A DNA stretch of 64,000 nucleotides, taken from assembly GCA_000002435.2 (NCBI GenBank), contig CM018792.1, one strand, 5' to 3'. Origin of the DNA: Giardia intestinalis (lineage: Eukaryota). The notes under the pieces were generated by a model. That model did not search any database. It was given only the letters and a program-made list of their open reading frames with translations, and had not been told where the DNA came from. This document shows, piece after piece, positions 17,001-26,400 of the stretch. The stretch's first letter is position 1, and the number at the start of each line of letters is the position of its first letter. Both the position numbers and the translations under genes were made by a program.

Positions 17001-17713
17001 ATTAACAGGATACGGACAGAAAGAGCCATGTCATGGAACGGTTCAGTCACGAATGTCAGTGCATCAACCTGGGCAGTGCGTAGTTCGTGGTTGCTGTAGA
17101 CGCGGGCAATGCGCAGCAGAACCTTTTGAGCGTCTGCAGGCAAAGACAGCTCCTTCACAGATGGAATAGCTAGCTCGGCCTGCAGTATATCTAGCGTAGA
17201 AACCAACTCTGCGACTCCACGTGAAAGGCCAACAAGGAGTCTGGATGGAGTCATGAGCTTTGTTGAGTGAATAGGTGAAAACCCGATAATTAGTGAGCAC
17301 AGGAGCGCTACCCATGCTCGGACCCCTGGAGACGACTTCAGGTCGGAGAGTAGCTGGCTTGCTGGTGTATCTGATTGAATCCCTAGAAGTGCCCCAACGG
17401 AGAAGATGGCACTGGTAACGGTGCAAAGCCGTTGAATGCTGATGTCTCGTTGATCTAGAATATAGGTATGGATCCGCTTTACAAGATAGTCTAAATCCAG
17501 CCTAGCGTGCGGCATCTGGACGCTTCTATCGTGCTTGAAAAATGTGTATCTATTTAGCTCCTGATGAGACGCATTTCCTTCCATTAGAACATACTTCCAA
17601 ATCAGCGCGACAATTGTCTGACTGGCTGATAAGCTTGTCTGGGCACCAACTGCTCGTTGCAAATCATTGAGGGCCGCGTTGTCAGAGATGTACTTGGGCC
17701 CTCCAGGTTTCAT
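14018..17713 (-). CDS. Large hypothetical protein, 1231 aa, probably alpha-helical repeat
   Basis: Uninterrupted 3.7-kb ORF with the ATG preceded by AATTTGAATTA. Leu-rich helical character. No family recognised. Confidence 0.7.
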   Translation of the reverse strand: MKPGGPKYISDNAALNDLQRAVGAQTSLSASQTIVALIWKYVLMEGNASHQELNRYTFFKHDRSVQMPHARLDLDYLVKRIHTYILDQRDISIQRLCTVTSAIFSVGALLGIQSDTPASQLLSDLKSSPGVRAWVALLCSLIIGFSPIHSTKLMTPSRLLVGLSRGVAELVSTLDILQAELAIPSVKELSLPADAQKVLLRIARVYSNHELRTAQVDALTFVTEPFHDMALSVRILLIALLLAPEASGTVDSEEQSRALAALKNALFYSVMSTVPISMQFTMRIFLQQGVLRFCLSKGFITLFLDPRWAEDITFPTMLFHYIISFYLPCSSSILSTEKLILRILTMLTIVREDPPSSESMSLRTILSAGFNCEDSPNILCDKLLKYICIKLCKGVSQASVQRELTTYLAELYDIYTFSTPLSTCNLPTKAPPFAAEIATKSENIKHKYQTLGDSISCLLDLPVYWLSHNNMRFVFLNFIYLLLKHNETEGANMLMYALLGDGSLANIIPSDHFKLAHATVPWLMDCGILRTLYEQSFSLCCIDKAVFPTLDSYSHALEGSINSSDYRFVGQIIANLFFAPYCQEALSLAWDKLSTMGFTHRREIYSAIMEELSSISACARKVKQCPSFLAALSGIECKRNFYYVTLKSFIEQYLISVLCLTNCSGVMSSIASLPATSLILVHEYVKRRLELADIRSLLCGIIISSHPLVQEFYTWLIIQSITDECLDDVSLDQQARSGHHLSRESGWLRSYYRNYVSVAVRLTIHVDWTISKTSSDLSGQYLLANLMGSLKFGSLPAMYCLRELITHLMDASANAEVADMSPLAESLLNGKSPSMLADTCIQSIGECPLLCGPRTYSMPEPLAAYLLNPDTFLPLLQALPSGAFWKWAILLKNVSTYEQTSELVVSTVNELLYFMSTLASKASENIGLLESLYSTFNKAQCTYLPHIRYLSGLYFMAPPPQALSPASNVFLTTVWNAFRECGDSSNDQLESIELFTTEDLKLLLNLSAADINELIYQVLLPLILYSTQRISTLCAFICGKLITKLLDSVTVNINSKQSPLSFITKLFMQLIVALSFSTRQNSTKVSRSFPYLLSFLSSRSLEEASEADAHLWVLIVILFYSLIKVFETTQAQFVLLGIERCTDILKAASPILFKRFVYKVMSMCDEDNSNVYIKAFKRLHINDINEGEHMPKEDAEKCKKQILVALEQTYGGFLLAHNLTLVHMLDALLGE

Positions 17714-17762
17714 TAATTCAAATTAAAATTGTTGGCCGCAAAAAACCCATTATTTGAAAGCT
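17714..17762. promoter_or_regulatory. 49-bp AT-rich divergent spacer (1231-aa ORF / eL32)
   Basis: TAATTCAAATTAAAATTGTTGGCCGCAAAAAACCCATTATTTGAAAGCT lies between two head-to-head ATGs. A-rich tracts abut both starts. Confidence 0.5.
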
Positions 17763-18173
17763 ATGGCCGGCGAGATGATCCACCCCCTCCCGCATAAGAT
17801 CATCATCAAGAAGAGGAAGAACAAATTCATCCGCTTCCAGTCCGAGCGCTTCGTCCGCGTCAAGCCTTCGTGGAGAAAGCCCCGTGGGATAGACTCTCCG
17901 ATGCGCCACCAGTACAGGGGTCAGCGCCCCATGGTTTCCATCGGCTACGGTTCCGATAAGGAGACGCGTTTCATGCTCCCCTGCGGCTTCTTCAAGCACA
18001 GGATATCCACTGTCCACGAGCTCAAGACCCTCTTCATGAACAACAAGACGCACGCTGCACAGATTGCACACGGCGTTTCTGCGAGGTCGCGCAAGCAGAT
18101 CCTTGAGGAGGCCAAAAAGATGGGCGTGCGTGTCCTCAACGCCGACGCCAAGCTGCGCAAGGAAGAACTGTAA
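17763..18173 (+). CDS. RPL32: 60S ribosomal protein eL32
   Basis: KIIKKRKNKFIRFQSERFVRVKPSWRKPRGIDSPMRHQYRGQ..IGYGSDKETR matches the eL32 family. High GC3. First ATG at 17763 (track start is TTG). Confidence 0.93.
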   Translation: MAGEMIHPLPHKIIIKKRKNKFIRFQSERFVRVKPSWRKPRGIDSPMRHQYRGQRPMVSIGYGSDKETRFMLPCGFFKHRISTVHELKTLFMNNKTHAAQIAHGVSARSRKQILEEAKKMGVRVLNADAKLRKEEL

Positions 18174-18193
18174 GGGGCTCTCCCGGCTTCTCG

Positions 18194-18200
18194 AGTAAAC
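18194..18200 (+). terminator. AGTAAAC poly(A) signal
   Basis: Exact AGTRAAY match 21 nt after the eL32 stop. Confidence 0.6.
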
Positions 18201-18257
18201 AGCAAGACGTTGGTGTGCTCTAGATTTACTGAGCCTAATGGCCAGCCGCGTGGGCAC

Positions 18258-19472
18258 CTATGCGTGCATGTGCAGGAGGCTGCCGTCTCCAGTAAGCTCG
18301 TAAGCGGTGACTGTGCTCGTACAATCAAGAAGCAGGGCCCGCCTCTGGCCCCATGCTATGGAACGTACGGAGAGATCTGCTTCTTGCTGCTCATCAGAGT
18401 CTGCTCCGCTGGGGGTATCACTGCCTTTAGTATTGGTAACTCCCGCCGGGGATAACTCTGGACGTGTGCCTCGCTCTGCTTGCGTGCTGGAAATAGGTAA
18501 CGAGAAAACAGCATGTCTAGTGAAAACCCCGTCGGAGAACTTAAACACCGTTACGGAGCCACTGAACTTCCCGCATGTCACAAAAACAGAGTCCTCTGCC
18601 TTGTGCACGCTAAGAATATAGTCATGCGACTTAGTAAGGGAACGGATATCCATGTTCTGGTAGAAGATAGCTCCATCTTCAGGATCTGCCAGAGCCATTC
18701 CCATGGACCCCGTCGTCAAGCATAAAGACTCGGTGGAGTAATAAACAACACCGAGCGGAAACGGATACGCCGATCCGAAAATAAATATGTCATCAGAAAC
18801 ATCTTCAGAGTTCCCAAAGAGCACCTCCCGCTGAGGCCCGGAAGCGTCGAGATTCAGAAAGCCCAACTCACTCACTGCGTTAATGAATAAAAGCTCTGTC
18901 GGCCGATTCCTGCAAAAGGACAGATCTGCAATATTAGATGTGCTTAGCTTGATAGGCGCCTGGAGCCCAGAAGTATCACCAGCCAACAATGGGCCCAGCT
19001 CATACGCACAGATGAAAGTCCCAATAGACGCTACCAGGACTGCTCCATTAGTGGCCAAACAACTTACTGGGCCCACAAGGGCCAGCTCTGCTACTGCATT
19101 AACCCAAAGATTTTTCTTGTTGTTTTTGTCAATTGTTACGGTGTAGACACAGACGATATTGCCAGCTGCAGCAAGGATTATGCAGAACGGCTCTGTGCCT
19201 GTCTTAGTAGCCTCCGGATCTGTCTGTAACAGTGACCACCGGGGGGTGCCAGGATCAGATAGGGAGAGGACAGTGAACACTTCGCACTTGGGGATTTCTC
19301 CAACCTGAGAGATGTGCCCCGCTTCATTAAGCAAGTATAGACGGAGGTATCCAGAAGATACGTGCACATAAAAGTAGCTATCACCGCCATCTAAGAAGCC
19401 AACAGACGTCCCCACTATAGCAGCACCCTGCCCAACGGAGTACGGCCGGTACAGGGGCGCGAGCATATACAT
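18258..19472 (-). CDS. Hypothetical protein, 404 aa, beta-rich (possibly propeller-like)
   Basis: Long ORF with an ATG start. No family recognised. Confidence 0.6.
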   Translation of the reverse strand: MYMLAPLYRPYSVGQGAAIVGTSVGFLDGGDSYFYVHVSSGYLRLYLLNEAGHISQVGEIPKCEVFTVLSLSDPGTPRWSLLQTDPEATKTGTEPFCIILAAAGNIVCVYTVTIDKNNKKNLWVNAVAELALVGPVSCLATNGAVLVASIGTFICAYELGPLLAGDTSGLQAPIKLSTSNIADLSFCRNRPTELLFINAVSELGFLNLDASGPQREVLFGNSEDVSDDIFIFGSAYPFPLGVVYYSTESLCLTTGSMGMALADPEDGAIFYQNMDIRSLTKSHDYILSVHKAEDSVFVTCGKFSGSVTVFKFSDGVFTRHAVFSLPISSTQAERGTRPELSPAGVTNTKGSDTPSGADSDEQQEADLSVRSIAWGQRRALLLDCTSTVTAYELTGDGSLLHMHA

Positions 19473-19532
19473 GGTGCACGGTCTAATAAATGTAAATTAC
19501 TAAAAGCAAATAGGACAGATTTTTTTAAAAGT
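19473..19532. promoter_or_regulatory. 60-bp AT-rich divergent spacer
   Basis: GGTGCACGGTCTAATAAATGTAAATTACTAAAAGCAAATAGGACAGATTTTTTTAAAAGT lies between head-to-head ATGs at 19472 (-) and 19533 (+). Confidence 0.5.
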
Positions 19533-19976
19533 ATGTCGATCAGTCTTGTATTCGTCAGCAGCGAGCAGGCCCCTGTGTTCACCGGCCAGATGCTTTTTAA
19601 TGGGAACTGGATGCCAATAGATGTCAAAGTGGAGATGTTCCTATTTTCGCTTCTGGATTTGGTTTATGCAAACCTTGCCAAGCAGATGGAGCAACCCACC
19701 GTAGATTGTCTCATGCTAAAGATTGCAGAATCGTTGGGCTATGTGGCCCATGCATATGTAACCGTTGACAGGTCCATACTCTTAATGTTAATTCCTGTAG
19801 AAGCCAAATGCAATTCTAATCAATTAAAGCTTTTTTTCCTTGCCGCAGAGGCTCTCCTTGCAGCCGAATCCATGAATCCGTTTTACAAGCGCTCGACACA
19901 CGTTATGGATGAACCCTTCTGCTTTGCTTTAGCCCAGAAGCTTCACGCCCATTTACTTAATAAAACTTGGGGTTAA
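19533..19976 (+). CDS. Small longin-like protein, possibly a TRAPP subunit (Bet5/sedlin family)
   Basis: 147 aa. The pattern LFSLLDLV...(beta-rich)...LFFLAAEALLAAESMNPFY...F..LAQKL resembles the TRAPPC1/2-type layout (..NP.Y.....F...L). Weak call made from memory. Confidence 0.4.
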   Translation: MSISLVFVSSEQAPVFTGQMLFNGNWMPIDVKVEMFLFSLLDLVYANLAKQMEQPTVDCLMLKIAESLGYVAHAYVTVDRSILLMLIPVEAKCNSNQLKLFFLAAEALLAAESMNPFYKRSTHVMDEPFCFALAQKLHAHLLNKTWG

Positions 19977-20001
19977 ATTTTGAAATTAAAAAGACTCCCT
20001 C

Positions 20002-21105
20002 ATGTATAATGCCAATCCAAAGCCTTCACAGCAGGGTGGAGCCCGCGAAAGCAGAGATTCTAGGGATGTGCGACAGCAGTATATCTTCCTCAACATCATC
20101 GGAAGCGGCTCCTTCGGGAAGGTCCACAAGGTCCAGTCCAGGACGAACGGGCGGATCTTCGCGTGCAAGGAAATCGACTACGCCAAGATGAGCGAGAAGG
20201 AGAAGAAGCTCCTCGTCCACGAGGTCAACACGCTCAAGGAGCTCAGCCACGAGAACATCGTCTCCTACATCGACCGCTTTGTCGAGCGCGAGAACGCGAA
20301 GATGTTCATCGTCATGGAGTACTGCGAGAATGGAGACCTCGCAAAGTACATCAAGCGGCACAAGACAGACAGGCGCTACATCGCTGAGGAGAAGATCTGG
20401 TCTGTCTTTGTCCAGCTCCTCCATGCCCTTAACTATTGCCATAGCATCCATAGTGAAGACGAGTCAGGTGTCCACAAAGTTATCCACCGGGATATAAAGC
20501 CCGGTAACGTGTTCCTCACTCAAGATGGCTCCATCAAGCTGGGAGACTTTGGTCTCTGCCGTACCCTCGGAGAAGATTCTGTGGCCCAGACAAACGTCGG
20601 CACCCCCCTCTACATGGCCATAGAGGTCCTCCAGAAGCAGTCCTACACAGAGAAGGCAGACATATGGTCCCTCGGCTGCGTCATCTACGAGCTCTGTGCC
20701 CTGCAGCCCCCATTCGTGGCATCTAACATAGAGTCCCTCAAGACGAAGGTTAAGCAGGGTGCACGCCCTGCCATACCGTCTCACTACTCTAGCGATTTGT
20801 CAGCTGCAATCGACTTAATGCTCAACCCCAATCCTTCAGCACGACCATCTGCAACAGATATCCTTCAGCACAGTCGTATCATTGAGATGAATGAGAGAAT
20901 AAAAGCTATGCCTGCATATGCTGCACAGGCGCCGCCTGAAATACCAAAGAGTGCTCCACCAGGCGGTGGACATGCCCAACGTGAACGTGAACTTCGTGAG
21001 TGGGAAGAACGCCTGAACACGAAGGAGCAGTCCCTACGAGCACGTGAGGAGCACGTTGACCGCACACTAGCAGCTCTGAACGCCGGAACATATAAAGGCT
21101 ATTAA
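20002..21105 (+). CDS. NEK-family Ser/Thr protein kinase
   Basis: GSGSFGKV, AxK (FACKEI), HRDIKPGNVFL, DFGL, GTPLYMAIEVL, DIWSLGC. Short C-terminal coiled coil. Confidence 0.88.
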   Translation: MYNANPKPSQQGGARESRDSRDVRQQYIFLNIIGSGSFGKVHKVQSRTNGRIFACKEIDYAKMSEKEKKLLVHEVNTLKELSHENIVSYIDRFVERENAKMFIVMEYCENGDLAKYIKRHKTDRRYIAEEKIWSVFVQLLHALNYCHSIHSEDESGVHKVIHRDIKPGNVFLTQDGSIKLGDFGLCRTLGEDSVAQTNVGTPLYMAIEVLQKQSYTEKADIWSLGCVIYELCALQPPFVASNIESLKTKVKQGARPAIPSHYSSDLSAAIDLMLNPNPSARPSATDILQHSRIIEMNERIKAMPAYAAQAPPEIPKSAPPGGGHAQRERELREWEERLNTKEQSLRAREEHVDRTLAALNAGTYKGY

Positions 21106-21140
21106 CCAAATGATAGTTTTTCCTTGATTTACAACGTGGC

Positions 21141-21147
21141 AGTAAAC
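21141..21147 (+). terminator. AGTAAAC poly(A) signal
   Basis: Exact AGTRAAY match 36 nt after the NEK stop. Confidence 0.55.
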
Positions 21148-21195
21148 ACATGTATAATCCGTATGTTAGAAGCTATGGGAGAAAAGCTTGGTGCC

Positions 21196-23343
21196 CTACG
21201 TGCCAGCGCTGTGGTTCTTATTATCTAAACGACGTTTGTCCCGTTCCTCGTGACTTTCCAGCAATGGGATAAAACGAGAGACAACATATCCTTCACAGTT
21301 GGTTGCCTGCTGGTTATCGAGACGGAGAATATTCCAAATATTGCGACGGAAGACCTCCAGCAGCCCAGCTATACTCGCTATCCAAAAGTCCCGTAGAGAC
21401 GGATGTGGAATAACTAAAGATATAGGCAAATAAATGCGGATTGCTATATTAAGAAAGAAGCAGAAGTACAGAGTTGGAATACTAAACAGAGATGATCGTT
21501 GCAAAATCCCTTTCCGGTATGCTTTCGAGTCTGAATGGATTTGCTTGAAAAGTAAGGCGCCCGAGCCCCCGCTGAATAATGCCCAATCCTCCACTGTATC
21601 CCAGTAAAGTTTATAAATTATCTCAACCCAACGGATAGAGTATAGCGTATACTTGATGCCCGATATTTTGACCAAAGCAGAGACCTCCATAAAGCAGCCT
21701 GGGATTGAAACCAAATACTTCAGCATATTGTGGATATTCGGATAGGCATTCCCGGACTCCTTATATCTACGCCCACACTGCATGGCTCGGATGATATTGA
21801 ATGTCGTCAGAAAGCATGCAGTAATGTAGTCCGGTATATAACCACCAGATAGGACGTAACACAAATCTATAATCATCACAGAAAGAGAAACACACTGATC
21901 CATGAAGAAGAATTGGGGAAAATTGATCCGTCGTACGCGGGGATTCAAGCAGCGGAGGAAGACCATCAAACAGTAATGCCTTAATTTGTGCCTTTTGGAG
22001 AAAAAGATGGCGGTTACGAGCCAGTAGAAGTAGAAGGCGAAAGGTATGCACAGCCAAAGCTCGTAAGGAGTCAACTGTGCAAGAGCTGCCAAGTATTTAC
22101 CAAATGGATAGGGAAGAGGTTCCGAAAAGGCCGGCTGGCCATGACTTGAGAGAGAGGTGTATGCACTGGCGGTGCCCATCACGATCGCAATGCAGTGGAT
22201 CGTTGAAAACCAAAGTGCACGGATAGCAATGGTGTTGGCCCCTGCAACCATATTCGCAGAGGGCAGCTCCAAGATGAGAACATAGTTGATACGCTTAACC
22301 TCATAGATAGCAAAAACCATAGCTAGGGAAAGGCTGTATATTACTATGCTTAAGTGAAAACGATTCAAGTGTCTGCAGATTGGAGGTAAATCTATTAAGT
22401 AGTGCTTTGACATGATTATGTTCAAGACAATATCCACCAGCATCAATGCTATGGGGACGAAGAATCCTAGGCTGACCCCTGTGTGCAGGGCTAGGCGCTC
22501 TCTTTGTCTGGAAAGATCCCCCATCGGAGTACAATAGGAGACCAGCGTTTTCTTTGCGCCCTTTCCTTTTGTATCATAGTGTTGGCCGTATACTCGTTCA
22601 ATGTCGTCCTCAAAGTCACTCAAAGCGGACTGAGATGCAAAGCTGGTCTTGATCAGTAACTCCTTTATTCTTTCGGTGCAGAATGCAGACGTGGGAAACA
22701 TTTTGTCATGCTTCTTAGCTATCTTGATAAAGCCTGTTTCATTGAGAGAGGTAAATTCCTTGAGCATGCGGACGCTCTTGTATAATTCAAAGATGTTCTC
22801 CTCCACGTCTTTAAGCTCTGATCTGGTAAGCTTGGGGTGGCTGCGTTTCTTTTTGCTCTCTTTAATAGCTCGATCTTTTCTGCTATGCCTGCTGAGACTT
22901 TTGTTGGTGATCACAAACTCCTTGGCTACTTTCAAAGACGACGTCTCAATGTCTTCTGATGGGGCTCCTGCATCTTTTTCAGATCCTGCATTATTAGCGC
23001 CGTCACTATTGTGCACTGAAACAAGTGGCTCTGGTGATAGGTGTCCTGCTTCTGAAGAAAGAATTGCTTGAATCGATTTCCACAGATTTTTGTATTCGCG
23101 GCATTTGCTCTGGTAAAAGCTCTCAACTTGTCCCACTGATAAGCGTAGTTTTTCATAGAAAGCCTCTGAAAACCCAGTCCTGTTCCACTCGCTACGCTCG
23201 GCTTCAAGCCGATCGTTGACCGGGAGAAGACGCTCTGAGTCGTTTACGTGCTCGTCGAGCAACTTCTTAAAGCCATTATAATCTAAATAGTGCTGTCTCC
23301 ACTCTGGAATGAGCGTACTTACAAGACGTTCGCCAAACTTCAT
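21196..23343 (-). CDS. SPX-EXS protein (XPR1/PHO1/Syg1-like phosphate exporter family)
   Basis: Canonical SPX N-terminus MKFGERLVSTLIPEWRQHYLDYNGFKKLL. Multiple TM helices. C-terminal EXS-like region (..YKLYWDTVEDWALF..). Confidence 0.88.
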   Translation of the reverse strand: MKFGERLVSTLIPEWRQHYLDYNGFKKLLDEHVNDSERLLPVNDRLEAERSEWNRTGFSEAFYEKLRLSVGQVESFYQSKCREYKNLWKSIQAILSSEAGHLSPEPLVSVHNSDGANNAGSEKDAGAPSEDIETSSLKVAKEFVITNKSLSRHSRKDRAIKESKKKRSHPKLTRSELKDVEENIFELYKSVRMLKEFTSLNETGFIKIAKKHDKMFPTSAFCTERIKELLIKTSFASQSALSDFEDDIERVYGQHYDTKGKGAKKTLVSYCTPMGDLSRQRERLALHTGVSLGFFVPIALMLVDIVLNIIMSKHYLIDLPPICRHLNRFHLSIVIYSLSLAMVFAIYEVKRINYVLILELPSANMVAGANTIAIRALWFSTIHCIAIVMGTASAYTSLSSHGQPAFSEPLPYPFGKYLAALAQLTPYELWLCIPFAFYFYWLVTAIFFSKRHKLRHYCLMVFLRCLNPRVRRINFPQFFFMDQCVSLSVMIIDLCYVLSGGYIPDYITACFLTTFNIIRAMQCGRRYKESGNAYPNIHNMLKYLVSIPGCFMEVSALVKISGIKYTLYSIRWVEIIYKLYWDTVEDWALFSGGSGALLFKQIHSDSKAYRKGILQRSSLFSIPTLYFCFFLNIAIRIYLPISLVIPHPSLRDFWIASIAGLLEVFRRNIWNILRLDNQQATNCEGYVVSRFIPLLESHEERDKRRLDNKNHSAGT

Positions 23344-23428
23344 GCCCAGGATGTTTATCTTCGCCGATCACAAATTAGTACGAATTGGGGTCTACACACG
23401 ATTTACAATACAAAGAGATTACCAAGAA

Positions 23429-26400
23429 TTAAGTAATAGACAGATTGATAGAGTCAAATATCATAGATTGACCAGTCCCTGAAGCGCCTGCAAGTAATTC
23501 TGTTGTTGAGCCGGGGAGATGCATACACCTGGTTCTGCTGAGTTTCCTTGCAGACAAAAGCTTCCAGAGAAGAATGCCCAAGGCAATAAGAAGAAGAGCC
23601 ACTGCAGTGACTGATAACCCTATGGTTAGCGACAGACGGGCGTTTGAGGCTGGGGGTACAACTGGCACGTATGGACCAGCTTCAGAAAGACATAAAATCG
23701 GTCCCGGAACTGCTGGGCCAACGCATGATAGGCATCCTTGCATTCCAACATATCCGTTTTTCCCTTCTTCGTCAGAGCATGCCACACAGTGAGAGGGATC
23801 AAAGACCTCATAATCAGTGGCTGCAAAGTATCCTTCTGCGCACTGGGTACACTGAAGATTACTCTTACAAGATGCACAGGTCTTGGGACACTGGACACAG
23901 CTATCCCCATAGTAGCCGTCGGAGCACACGGTGCATATATTGCTGGAGTACTCGCACGCCTGACAGTTTGTGCTCTCACACGGTGTACAGGATCCAGAGA
24001 GCGGTCCATATCCTAGCTGACACTTGCTGCATACGCCCAACCCCTCGTCAGTAGCAGACTGGGCGCAGACGTACGAGCCTGGAAGTCTGTCCGACTGATA
24101 ACACCCACCGGAATACAGGAAATATCCTGGAGCACAGTGGGTGCAGATACCATTCTTTCCATTCAAGCAGATGAGATCTCTTGCGGCCATGTGGCAGTCC
24201 CCATTGATAGGATAGTGACCAGATGTACACTGTGAACAGTACGCAGTGCCGAAAATTACTGCATTGCATAGAAGACAATTTCGGGAATTCTCGACACACG
24301 CGTCAGTACAAGTACTCGACCCTGTCCCAGCAGAGTGCGCCTTTCCCTTGATACACGTCAAACAGTCGCTCTCCCCTGGTCCAGAGCAGGTTAAGCATGT
24401 GCTGTGACAAGCTACACAGGTACCCTCTACCAAGTGGTAGCCAATCTTGCACCTACTACAGTTATCAGCCAAGTCTGTGCATTCCAAACAATTTTGATCA
24501 GTACATAAAACACAATGCTTGGAGGATGAGCTGACGCCGAAGCTAGGTACAGCACATTTAGGAACACACGATGATCCCGCGGGGTCCACTACGTACGCCT
24601 TAATGGTACAAAGCTCACAGATAGTAGGATCAGATACGCATTTAGCACATCCGCTTACCTTGCACAGAACGCACTCGTCTTTCTGCAAACTGTATCCATC
24701 GTGACATGCAGTACAGTAGCCTCTGAGAGAGGCCACACATATCCCATTGCCAGGGACGGCTGCTATGCTGTAGCATCCGTTGCCGTGGAAAAAGTAACCA
24801 GCTGTACACTCAATGCACCTACCAGCTAAGCAGTTATTTCCACGAGGATCCGATGTGCACAGACCATTAATTGGAAACTCCGATAGCACCGAGCAACGCA
24901 TGCACGCCCCCGTTTGCATATCGCATGAGCCTATCGCGCACTTTCCTGAACCCTCGCCTTCTGTACACATATTGTAACACTTTCCCATGCTCATAATCGA
25001 CCCTGATTGACACTCTAAGCAGAGTCCAGGGTTTTCTGAGGAGCAAGTTAAACAATTACCTCCACATGGCTGACACATTGGGCCATAGAAACCCTTTTCA
25101 CAAACGGTGCACTTACCCAATGCGTTGCAAGTTCTGCAATGAGGAATAGCGCACGCTCTGCATTTTTTAGTGCTCATGCACTTTGTACAGGTGTTTAGCA
25201 AACCGCACTCAGCACACTCCAAGGAGCTGCATGAGATGCATTCATTTTCCCATAGATAATAGTCATGGACACACACTTCACACACTGTCTTATCGGCATT
25301 GCACTGCATACAATTATTTGTTAGGCATTTAACACAGTGAGAACCTGTGTCATGAGTGCCACTGGGACAAGTCTTCATACAGTGGACAACTCCGTTGGAA
25401 TCGTATAGCTTGTAATTGGGAAGACATTCGCTGCATAATATCGTGTCCTCAACCAGCCGACAGATCTTACATCCGGTCGTCGTCTGGTCCCCCTGAGAAT
25501 CCGTAGTAAGTGCGCAGCTATGGCAACGGCCACTATCGGTCCTATCGGGGTCCTTCTCAAAGAATCCGTCCGCACATCCACTGCACACAGGAGCTGATTC
25601 ACAGATACACCCTAGAGGACATACCTTTGGCTCCTCAACACAGAGTCTTGCCTCCAGCTCAGGAGTATAACCATTGTTACACACACAGCGAGAAGCATTG
25701 CTATCAGATACCGGGGTGGAGTGAGAAGGGCACTCCGTATCACAGGAGACTCCATCAATACTTACAAAGTGTGCAGTGTTGCTGCACTCAATACACATGC
25801 TCTCGTTGCATACTTTGCACCCCGATCCACACTGGATACATGTACCGGAAGACGATAGCCTAAATCCATACTGACATCCAGTACACACAGCAGCATCATT
25901 AGCACACGTCAAACAGTTCTCATCGGAGCATCTGGCACATTTTAGGTCGGCCGTCAGCCTAAAACCTTCTTGACATATATCGCAAAAGTTATGTCCGGCT
26001 TGAGCACAAGACACACAGTTGTCAGCGCACACGGGTGGTGGGCACTCAACCGCCCCATCCGCTTTAGTTCCATAGAAACACTCTGTGCAAACGCTTGGAT
26101 CTTCTGCGCACAACTTGCAATATCTGTCACTGCAGTTCATGCAAGCATTCTTATTCTCTGCTAGACCATATCCAAAATCACATATGCATTTTGTTGGGGT
26201 ACTAGTGTCGGGTTTGGAACCAGTCGGACAGGCAGCAATACACTCTGTTCCTGCCAAATTCATGTAGGGTGTTTCCGGTAAGCACATTTCACAGGTATCT
26301 CCAGCATATCCAGAAGTGCACCTGCTACAACCTGAAACCTTACAGGGCACGCATGACATAAAGCCAGGATAATATCCAGGAGTGCACTCAGTACAGCTGT

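Noticed and set aside
6914-23343. PsiE-like gene and SPX-EXS gene as a phosphate-homeostasis cluster
   Set aside because: They are 14 kb and about ten unrelated genes apart. There is no operon logic in a eukaryote, so coincidence is the simplest reading.
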